A stretch of DNA of 64,000 nt from Camelus ferus (Eukaryota). The stretch is from NCBI RefSeq assembly GCF_009834535.1, contig NC_045726.1, positions 14,136,001 to 14,200,000 of the forward strand, read 5' to 3'. The notes beneath the pieces were generated by a model. The model made no database searches, had not been told where the DNA came from, and saw only the letters and a list, made by a program, of their open reading frames with translations. This document shows, piece after piece, positions 42,500 through 64,000 of the stretch (the stretch's first letter is position 1; every line of letters begins with the position of its first letter). The translations under genes and the position numbers were made by a program.

Positions 42500-43200
42500 T
42501 GGGTACAAGCCGCAACCCCGGTGACGTCATCGGGCTTGTGACGTCAGTGTCGCTGGCCGCCGTGGCGCTCCGCTGCCTGCGGGCAGGATGACGTCGCCGT
42601 CGGAACCCGGGCAGACAAGTGCGCCGAGGGAGGAATTAGCGAAGCTAGCGGCTGAAGACTCCGGGGAGAGGCGAAACCGATGGAGCAGCAGAAGCCGGGC
42701 GGGGTCCGTACTGCCGGGGCGGGGCGCCTGGCCCCCTTACGGATTGGTTCCGCCCCGCAGTGACCGACACGCACCAGCCAATCCGGGACAGCCTCGGAGA
42801 CGCGCAGCCTATCAGCAGGCCAGGGCTCGCCGAGCGCTTCCGCGTTCGCGAGCGTGCCCGCTCCAGTCCGCAGGGGGAGGGGGCGAGGCCGATGGGCCCG
42901 AGGGTCACCCACGTCCATCCCATCCGGCTCGGCCGGTCTGCGGGGACCGGCCCGCTGCTTCCCAGGGAGCCCGATGGCCTCGGAAGGACTGGCGGGGGCG
43001 CTGGCGGCCGTGCTGGGGGGCCGGGGGCTGCGCGTGCAGAGCTGTGACTCGGGGCCGGCGGGGGAGCCGGCGGCGCCCGTGCGGCTGCGGAAGAACGTTT
43101 GCTACGTGGTGCTGGCCTTGTTCCTCAACGAGCAGGTGAGCGTCCGCCCGACGGGCCCACCGCCCGGGCCACCAGAGCACGCAGCCAGCCTCAGTGGGGA
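42500..43200. promoter_or_regulatory. NUDT18 CpG-island promoter with CRE, CCAAT and GC boxes
   Basis: TGACGTCA at 42522 and 42539, TGACGTCG at 42589, ATTGG 42743, CCAAT 42778, GGGGCGGGGC near 42716. Confidence 0.85.
42974..43135 (+). CDS. NUDT18: NUDT18 exon 1, coding part
   Basis: [14 protein letters not shown]...[18 protein letters not shown]; donor GTGAGC. Confidence 0.97.
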
Positions 43201-45055
43201 CAGAGGACCTGCCGGCAATAGCCACCGCTTCTTGGTGTGTGGCTCTTCCCAGTTTTGCAAAGCACTCTCACACTTATATCTGAGCCTTGTGCGGTCCAGC
43301 CTGGAGATTGTCCCCATGTACAAAGGAGGAGGCCCAGGAGCCTGTTTGTCTCATTCCACTAGGCCTCGGTTCCTTGAGGGGAGGGCTGTCTTACTCCTTT
43401 TCCCCAGAATGTAGCACAGTGCCTGCCACCCCTGAGTCCCATGGGCAGTCACTGCGCAGCCTTTGCTTATACTCAGAACTTCTGACTCTCTGTGTGATGC
43501 TGCCCTTTTTCGTGCTGATCCCTGTACAAGTTGCTATAAAAACAGCTGGGGGTGTGGGCAGGGCCATAGGTGAGAGTTGTATGAGCTGAGGGTTGGGCAT
43601 GTGTCTCAAAGCCTAGACCCCAATGTGAGGACCAGCCACAAGCTGTCAGTAAACCATAAGGAGAGGTGAGAAATACACAGTGACTTACATACACATGAGT
43701 CAGTGCAGGACACATGGCGACCCTCTCTGTGGAGCCTGATCCCTGAAGCAGCTCCCAGGAATCTTAGCCTCTTTCTGAAATGGAAGCTCGAATGCAAAGA
43801 GAGATGAGTTGCTGAGACAGCTGCAGTGCCCAGATACACAAGGGCCAGCCCCCTGGAGAGCTCAAAAATTTAAGGGTGTCTACCAGGAAGTGGATATTGA
43901 GGGACTGTATCTGAGATCTGATCTGGACCGAGGGCCAGTGAAGGCTGCTGTCTGTGCTGATCCTGTGGTGGGTGAGGATCTTCTTTCTCCCCACAGGATG
44001 AGGTGCTGCTGGTCCAGGAGGCTAAGAAAGAGTGCCGTGGGTCGTGGTACCTACCTGCAGGGAGGATGGAGCCTGGGGAGACTATCGTGGAGGCGCTGCA
44101 GCGGGAGGTGAAGGAGGAGGCTGGGCTGCACTGTGAGCCTCTGACGTTGCTGTCTGTGGAGGAGCGGGGCCCCTCCTGGATCCGCTTTGTGTTCCTTGCC
44201 CGTCCCACAGGTACGGCCCATCGGGTGGCATTGTGGGTAGAAGGCCATTGACATTTCCCCAGCTTATCCTTAGGTGAGATGAGCCCCTGATCTGGCTGGC
44301 ACAAGCCTGGCATCCTGAGATTCCAGCCTGAGGGCTTGACTTGGGGCCTCCCCACTTGGGGTCAGAGCTAGATGCCTGGGTGGCCCTTTACTCTGCCAGG
44401 CCCAGCACTTTCTTCAACATAGACCCTTTCCTCCACCCTGTTCCCCACACCTCCCCCAGGTGGAATTCTTAAGACTACCAAGGAGGCAGATGCGGAGTCC
44501 CTGCAGGCTGGCTGGTACCCACGAACCTCGCTGCCCACCCCGCTGAGAGCCCATGACATTCTGCACCTGGTAGAGTTAGCCGCCCAGTACTGCCAGCAAG
44601 CCAGGCACCCTCTCATTCTGCCCCAAGAGCTTCCCTGCAGTCTGATCTGCCAGCGGCTCGTGGCCACGTTTACCAGTGTCCAGACGGTGTGGGTGTTGGT
44701 GGGCACAGGGGGGACGCCTCACTTGCCCATCACTGCTTGTGGCTTCACTCCCATGGAGCAGAGGGGTGGCATCAAGATGGCCGTCCTGCGGCTGCTGCAG
44801 GAGTGTCTGACCCTGCACCACCTGGCAGTGGAGACCAAGGGGTTGCTTGGACTGCAGCACATGGGCAAAGACCAAACAGATGGCATCTGCCTGAATGTGC
44901 TGGTGACCGTGGCTTTTCGGAATCCAGGTATCCAAAATGAGCCCCCGAAGGTTCGGGGTGAGAACTACTTTTGGTGGAAGGTGATGGAGGAAGACCTACA
45001 AAGCCAGCTTTTACACAGGCTTCAGGAATCATCGGTCATCCCAATCAACAGATAG
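42974..45055 (+). CDS. NUDT18: NUDT18 (MTH3), 8-oxo-(d)GDP phosphatase, Nudix hydrolase 18, 323 aa
   Basis: join(42974..43135,43997..44210,44460..45055)=972 nt. Nudix box [23 protein letters not shown] at 44060-44128. Confidence 0.98.
43997..44210 (+). CDS. NUDT18: NUDT18 exon 2 (Nudix box)
   Basis: [28 protein letters not shown]...FLARPT. Confidence 0.97.
44460..45055 (+). CDS. NUDT18: NUDT18 exon 3, coding part
   Basis: [20 protein letters not shown]...SSVIPINR*. Confidence 0.97.
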
Positions 45056-46317
45056 GAGGCTGCCGTCAGCAGGCCAGGAGCTGGGTGTCTGTGCCTCCTC
45101 TGAGATGGGCAGGGGGTTGGCAGTCAGAGATCTTGTTGCGTTGGGAGCAGGGCAGTTCTCCTGGCTCCCAGGGGGACTTCCATCTCTCGTCGCCATGGAG
45201 CAGGTCTCTTCAGGCTACACCAAAAGGGACAGTGCCTTCAACCAAATAAGGCATCCAGAGCTCAAGGACCGAGTTGCCCTGAGGGCACAAGGAGGGCACG
45301 ATGACTCCCTAAGGGGATGGGAGGACTTTCTGAACTTGAGGTGGCATCTGCTCTGCATTTTCTGTGCCTGCCTCAGTGAAGGCCTCATCGGGATCTTCAG
45401 GCGCTTACAGCGTGGAGGGGGCGCTGGGGGAGGTCATTCCAAGGGAGTGGGTCCCTGGCTGAGTAAATAGGTGTTGCTTACTTTGCCTTCCCACCTAAAT
45501 GTCTCTGTGGGGAGGACGGGAGCAGGAAGGGGGGCTGCCTCAGTTTGAGAAGCTCCTCTCTTTATCTCACTGACACCACCCAGGCCTTCCCTGACAGCAA
45601 GCTGATACTATAGGTGACTGGCGGCTGGCTTCCTTGGTCCACTGCAGCCTCTCCTGCCTCCCAGGTGGGGTGTGACCACATCCCCTCCAAAGTTTGAGCG
45701 GTGAGATGGCCAGAAGCTTCGAGGTGGGGAGTGAGAGACCCCACCCCCACCGCCTCCCCGCCTCTCTGCCCAAGGCTTTCCACCTTGAGTGTCTCCATCC
45801 CTTCCCTGAGCCACTCTGCTGACCTGGGCTCCTGCCTCTGCCTTGATGCAGCTCCAGCCCAAGCCAGACCAACATGTTTCTCCATTTCCCCTCAGCCCAG
45901 CTGGATCATGGCAGGAATCTTTTTAAAGAGAACTTTACTAAAATTTAAGGGAAAACCAAAGGAAATGAATGAAGAAAACAATGTGCCATCACTGCTGGGC
46001 ACTAGTCATTAACGTAGAGATTCGATTCTGAGCAGGGAAATACTTGACTGGGCTTCCCTTCTGCGGTAGCTCCACTCTGACGCCGAAGGACCAGGATGTC
46101 CTCAAAGGCCCCCTCCCCTGCCTCTCCGGGCTGCCGTCCTGGCTTTCTGGCCACTGGGGCTGCGGTAGGAATCCTCTTGTTCCCTCTAAAGACGATCGTC
46201 TTCTGAACAACGGAGTCAAAGCCTTTCATTTCGGTTCACTTCTCTCGGTGTCTGGGGGACCCACCAGTCCATATCCACCTTGAAGAACAGTGATCTTTGC
46301 TCCCACTACTTGGCCTA

Positions 46318-46475
46318 CAGTGTTTTCAACCCTGGGTGCCCACTAGAATCGCCTGGAGAGCTTTAAAACCAACTCTGGGCCCACCCCCGGAGATACTGAT
46401 TAACTGGTGGAGGCTGGGCCCAGGCCACTGGTATCTTAAAAAGCCACCAAGTGATTGTGACATTTCCAGGTGAGT
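46318..46475. mobile_element. MER5A-like hAT-Charlie MITE
   Basis: CAGTGTTTTCAACCCTGGGTGCCCACTAGAATCGCCTGGAGAGCTTTAAAA... Confidence 0.8.
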
Positions 46476-46975
46476 GGCACTGATCAGCTCCCTCTCCCCA
46501 CGCTGTCAGCTTGCCCTGCCCTGGAGTACTCTTGGTGACAACCCCCCCCCCCCCACCAGAGGATCTCCACACACATATATTTAGGGACAAGAGTTTTAAA
46601 GTATCAGGCCCACTAACTGTTCACTAAAGCAGCCACACAGCTCACACCATAAACACTGAAGACGAGACATGCACACGGACACTCCAGGCGGCCCATTCCC
46701 TCACTGTGTCTCGGGGGCTGCCGGCTCTCGGCTGTAGGCGAGCTGAGCAGAAATAGTGCTGCTTGGCCGAGACAGGCTGGTTCCTGGTTCCTGGCAGGCG
46801 CCAGGGAACATCAGATTTGCACTGCCAGAGCCTGTCTCTGTTTACCGCCCCCCCCCCACCTCCCCGCTCCACTCCCAAGCTGGGAAAAATGGGCCCGAAT
46901 TAGCAGTGGAGTCCTGGGGAGAAGGACTCGACGGGTGGAGAAGAGCAGGGCACCCGTGTCCACGCAACCACACCA

Positions 46976-46981
46976 TTTATT
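46976..46981 (-). terminator. Candidate FHIP2B poly(A) signal AATAAA (TTTATT on +)
   Basis: Canonical hexamer ~1.5 kb downstream of the stop on the minus strand. Confidence 0.6.
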
Positions 46982-48452
46982 GCCATGCTGACCGGGGCGA
47001 CGCCGTGTGAGCGCCCAAGCACATCGAGGAGGGGAGTGTGTGTGACCCGCGGACGCGCGAATGTTTTCTGAATCCAGGAGTCCAGACCCAGCTGGCCTGC
47101 TGAGCTCCGCTCCCGTCCCCCACCGACGCCCACATGTGCGCACACATGCAGGCACATGCCCGGTGTCCTCGGAGTAGCAGTGAAATCCTCCCCAGCTTGG
47201 AGGAATGCGGGAGAGGCAGAGGTCACTGAGTTTCCTCTGCTTTCATGTCACCTCTTGGCAACCTGCGGCCTGCTTCTAGAAGCGGCATGGGCAGGAAAAG
47301 GAAGCGAAAGGGGCTCTGGCTGCTCCTCCTTGCCCAGGAGCGAAGCCAGCGACTGCAGTTTGCTGAGGTAATGCCTGGCGCCGTCTGTGTTCCTGCAGGT
47401 CGAGACAGATTCGGGCCGGGTTGGGTGGCAGCCCTAGCCACAGAGGGCACGCAGGGAGAATGCCACCACGACCAGCTGCCTGCGCCCCAGCCCCTCCTCG
47501 CCAGGCCTTGGGGGCCTCTGGCCAGGTGGTCATCCTGGTCTCACCAGAGCTTCCTGCACCCCTGGGAGAGTATTCCATTGAGAACACAGCAGGCAGAAAG
47601 CTAAGGGCGAGGCCTGGCCTTTCCCAGTCTCTGAGCCCCTCTGCCCAGGTGTTGTGGACCTGCCGAGACGGGTTCAGAAGGCGCCAGAGAGAAACCAGCT
47701 GGAACTGGAGCCTGGCACCCAGCCCCCCAGCTCCCCAGGCCCTCTCCCGCCCTGGCTGCAGTTGCATCAAGCTTCTCATTAGCAGCTGCCCCCGCCTGGG
47801 CGCGGAGCATGCTTTGGGCATTTGCCACAAGGCGGCTGGGAATTTTGCAACAGTCTCCACGAGGGTCGAGCGGGAAGAGGGGGCTTCCCCTGCTGTCCTC
47901 TGCCCCTTCCCCAAGGGTTAAGCCAAGAAGGCAGGAGAAATGTCAAATCTCAGCAGCGTCTATGGTACCTGGTGTGACAGAGGCAAGGCCATGCCCCCAT
48001 TCCTCTCGCCTGTGGCCCTGACCAGCTTTGAAGCCATTAGCGCACTGCCCCTCGTGCCCCTGGAATTGAGTCTCAGGCCTTGGCTCTGGCCGCAGATGGC
48101 CCATACAGATGGGTGACAAGCATAGAGCACATGAGGGTCAGGGTCTGGGTGCCCACCTGGCCATCACCCAGCTCCCCAGGGAAGACCTGAGGACACCATG
48201 CTGCCCAGGAAGCCATCTCTTTTGCTTCTTGGCTTCTGGTACCTCAGAGACCCATGCCTTTAAATCCCAACTGGTGTGGCCAATAGGCCAAGGTCTTCTT
48301 GAGTTAACCCAGGAGCAGAAGCCCAGGCCTCCGCACAGGCTGTGGTCCCTGGGATGTAGAGGAGACGGAGCCAAGCCTCCGCCCTGGGAGGAGGGTGGTG
48401 GCTCTTGCGCAGAGGTGTGGACAGGAGTGTCCCCTCCCGTCATGCTCCTGGC

Positions 48453-60799
<12,347 letters not shown>

Positions 60800-60830
60800 G
60801 ACGGCGGCCCGGCTCCCGGCTCCCGGGCAG

Positions 60831-60854
60831 CGGCGGCGGCGGCGGCGGCGGCGG
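60831..60854. repeat. (CGG)8 / (CCG)8 trinucleotide tract in the FHIP2B 5' UTR
   Basis: Eight uninterrupted CGG units. Confidence 0.95.
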
Positions 60855-61262
60855 AGCTCCCCAGCGCAGGCGGCGACCCGGAGGCGCGGCGAGGGAGGCG
60901 GGGCCCCGGCCGCCCCGCCCCGCAGCCCCCGCCCGGCCCTGCCCGGGGTCGAAGAGCGGACGCGGCCCGGCCTGGTAGCGAGGGGTGGCCCTCCGGAGTC
61001 CCGGGCGTCCGCAGCGCGGGGGCAGGGTCAAGTCCAACGGGGTCCCTTGGGGAGCCAGGTGGCAGCGAGCGAGCGACCCTTAGAGAAGGGCGAGTGGGAC
61101 CAGGCAGGATTTTCCCATGAGGAATGAGGGTTTATGGGTTTTGGAAGTCTCAATACTTCTCTCGTGGGACCCTCCCATCATATGATGTCAGAAATACATT
61201 TTTGAAAATACGACTGCCCTGTGCTCGGGAAGAATCTCTATTCCTGGGGGCGGGGGTTGGAG

Positions 61263-61376
61263 GTGGGAGATGGGGAATGGGCTTTGAACTGGCAGAGCCG
61301 GCTGCTCAAAGGCCCCCTCCCTAAGGCCCCAGCTTTGGACATTCTCAGAAGCCCTGCTCTGGCCGAGGGTTCTGCC
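61263..61376 (+). repeat. Left arm of a 114-bp inverted repeat upstream of FHIP2B
   Basis: Reverse complement of 61802-61915; 11 mismatches, no gaps. Confidence 0.95.
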
Positions 61377-61469
61377 CCCGACACCGGAGACCCACCTTCT
61401 GTTGTTTCCTTGGTGCGGCTAGAAGGGCAAACCGGGGCCAGTTGTGACTTCCCCCACCTCCCGCCCAGC

Positions 61470-61660
61470 ACAGCAGCTACTGGTCACTTGTGGCTGTCCG
61501 GCCATGAAACGTACTAACTCTGAGATGTGCCGAAAACAGTACAAAGGAGAAAATGTAAAATAGTCGCTAATGATATTTTACATGTTGAAATATAAGCTAT
61601 TAGATAAGTTGAGTTAACGAAAGTATAACATAAAAATTTCACTTGTTGCTTGTTACCCTA
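61470..61660 (+). mobile_element. MER33/MER3-like hAT-Charlie fragment
   Basis: GAGATGTGC...AATGTAAAATAGTCGCTAATG...TTACATGTTGAAAT...AATTTCACTTGTT resembles the internal part of MER33. Confidence 0.65.
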
Positions 61661-61801
61661 AGTGGATGCAGTTCTGGTCCAGAGGTCCTGCAGAGGCAGC
61701 CACAACTCTTTGCTTTTATAGCTGCAACAGGGAAAGAGACAGAAGGTGGCTCTCCCGTGCTGGGGGGGCACACTGGGAAAATGACACCCAAGAATTACAC
61801 A

Positions 61802-61915
61802 GGCAGAACCCTCACCCAGAGCAGGGCTTCTGGGAATGTCCAAAGCTAGGACCTTAGGGAGGGGACTTTCTAGCAGCCAGCTCTGCCGGTTCAAAGCCCA
61901 TTCCCCATCTCCCAC
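61802..61915 (-). repeat. Right arm of a 114-bp inverted repeat
   Basis: Reverse complement of 61263-61376. Confidence 0.95.
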
Positions 61916-62559
61916 GTCCAGCTCCCAGGAGTGGAAAGAGATTCTTCCAGAGGACAGGGCAGTCATCTGTTCAGAATGTGTTTCTGCTGACCTCCGACAC
62001 CATATGATGAGAGGGTGAGGCACTAGGGGTCCCACTAGGGAAATGGGGTAGCCCTTGTCCCAGAACTGAGGACCTGGAGCTGTGGGATCTTGGCTCAGCC
62101 TTTTGGGCCCCATTCACCAGTGGGACTGTGGCCCAGGAGGCAACGCCTGCCCACAGTAGCCCACGTGCCGTGGAGCGGAGCCTGCAGTCCAGACCCACCG
62201 GGAGGCCAAGGTTCGGCCGAGCCCAGGCTGAGCTAGTATTTGGATCTTAGTTCTCTGGCAGCTGCTTAGGAAAATAGATGTTTTTGACTGTTCATCTGCA
62301 ATCAGACCCTGGTGAAGAGCCTGTGGGAAATGAGAGGAGGCTTTTAAGCCAAAAAGTATAAGAACGAAAGGAAGAAACAAATCTGTTCTGTGTATGGGGA
62401 AGCAGTCTAGTCCATCACTTTTCTGGGTCTCCTTCCTCATGGGTAAAGGAAGCAGGCTGGATGGACTAAATCTGCTTTTTTTCCCCCTCAATATGTTTCA
62501 AGGAACTGTAGGTATCAGGGAAGTGTATAAGGAATTCGTAATCTTTCATTTGGTTTAAC

Positions 62560-63123
62560 TTTTTAAATTTTATTTTAAAAGCTCTAATAAAAGTCAGCGG
62601 ACACACTTATATATGTGTTAGAGCCCACTGACGTATTTAAACTCCGCTGCCAGGTTAGCTGTTTGGGAGAAGATGTTTGAATAAACCTCTCCTCCTGTCA
62701 GCGTAATGAGGGTAGAAGTCTGTTGCAGAATGATCAGTTTGAAAGAGCAAGTCACTAAGTTCAGATTCAAAGAGATAGGACTTCGATGCTGCCGCTCAAG
62801 GGGAGGAATGTGAACAAACTTGTGTGTGTTTTTAAACCACCACAATTTTGTAACTACTTATCTGTGTGATTCAGGCTTTTCCCGATACTATGCAATTAAA
62901 TGTGAGAGTAAATTAGATCCTGCACTGGGTGAAAAGGCAGCTATGATATACTTATATATAACCCCTGAGTTAAAATGTTTATATTCATCAAATAGCTTCT
63001 TTGTTCTCATTGATTGATTCCATAATAACTATAAAATTCAACTTATAAAGGCATTTTAATTACTAATAGTAAGCTCTAATTTAAAAAAAAGGATTTGCTA
63101 CTAAAAAGGTTTGGAAACCACTG
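62560..63123 (+). mobile_element. Charlie-family hAT transposon 3' fossil
   Basis: Translates to F.TTYLCDSGFS (hAT dimerisation motif; ORF 62820..63017) and ends in TIR-like GGTTTGGAAACCACTG; left boundary uncertain. Confidence 0.65.
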
Positions 63124-63444
63124 GACTAAGTAATCACCAAGATTTTGTTCTGGGACAGACCTCCACTTTGATCCACTCTAAATTCTAAGGAACTTAAAGT
63201 CCTTTAGGACTTGGCTTCCAGTCTGCGCCCACCACAAACACTTCCCAGTGGATTCCTTACACTGGTGCTCAGCAACCTGGGGCTGCTGCACGGGGTGCAG
63301 TTCTTGTCCACGCTGTTTCCTTCATCCTGGAATGGGGTAAGCCCTCCAAACCTTTGCTGAACACCTATCCTGGGTCTGTGTATGGAGACAATTCCTCTGT
63401 CTGCTGCCCCTGGAGAGGCAACTGTCTGTCCTGGGAAAGTCCCA

Positions 63445-63615
63445 GGTTAGCAGTCAAGAAACTGGATTGTGTGTTCCCAGTCTGCGCTCGTCAGTTGCAC
63501 GTAACTTCAGGCTTCAGATGACGTATCTCTATTCCACGATTTTCTCATTCTCGAAAAGGATTAAACGGACTTGTGCCGTTGACCTCATAGGTCTGTTGAG
63601 AGGACCAAACAATGG
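63445..63615 (+). mobile_element. Degenerate MIR
   Basis: TTTTCTCATTCTCGAAAAGG...ACCTCATAGGTCTGTTGAGAGGACCAAA. Confidence 0.5.
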
Positions 63616-64000
63616 GTGTAATGGAACTCCCACAGTTTAAAATAATCGTTCCCACTTGAGCGATTCTTACCCACTTTGCTTTTGTTGCAGTGAGAGGGGC
63701 TAGAAACTCGTTCCGGGGCAGCAGACTTGACTTCAGGAGGCAGCTCCAGGCTTGGGTTCACATGCAGTGCCCCCTCTGACGTACCTCTTCACGCGCCCAA
63801 ACCAAGGTTCTGTTCAGGCCAGGTGAGCGGGCCCCACCAGCACCCACATCTAAAGTCCTTCTGATCTTTGCATCCAGTTGTCACCCCCTCCACCCACATC
63901 AGCACCATGCGTACTCCCCCTGGGAGGTCCTGCCGAGTCAGCTGAGACTACCTTACTCTGCTCCCTCAGCCCCCACTTGACCCTGGCTCCTGCTAGAGTT

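Overview
Mammalian, GC-rich, gene-dense window syntenic with human 8p21.3. It is most likely from a camelid, judged from a vic-1-like tRNA-derived SINE and an artiodactyl-type L1 3' end. Five intact protein-coding genes were reconstructed exon by exon from GT-AG junctions. On the + strand: LGI3 (8 exons, 548 aa), REEP4 (8 exons, 257 aa), HR/hairless (18 coding exons plus a non-coding exon 1, 1181 aa) and NUDT18 (3 exons, 323 aa). On the - strand: FHIP2B/FAM160B2 (17 exons, 738 aa). Five N-gaps are present, four of them over the HR promoter and 5' leader. One 164-nt gap lies exactly where the HRURF/U2HR micro-ORF is expected; the tail of uORF1 and all of uORF3 and uORF4 are visible. Interspersed repeats (MIR, L2, L1, hAT-Charlie/MER) fill introns and intergenic DNA. 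No rRNA, real tRNA or CRISPR array was seen. The most notable unexplained structures are a 114-bp ~90%-identical inverted repeat upstream of FHIP2B, a ~190-bp element duplicated in two FHIP2B introns that ends in a hairpin plus T-run, three short in-frame stop-free introns, HR zinc-finger/JmjC substitutions, and a triple-CRE cluster at NUDT18. Human/mouse comparisons are from recalled sequence knowledge, not from a search. Repeat family names and boundaries are by eye. I found no convincing wholly new system, only candidate regulatory novelties.
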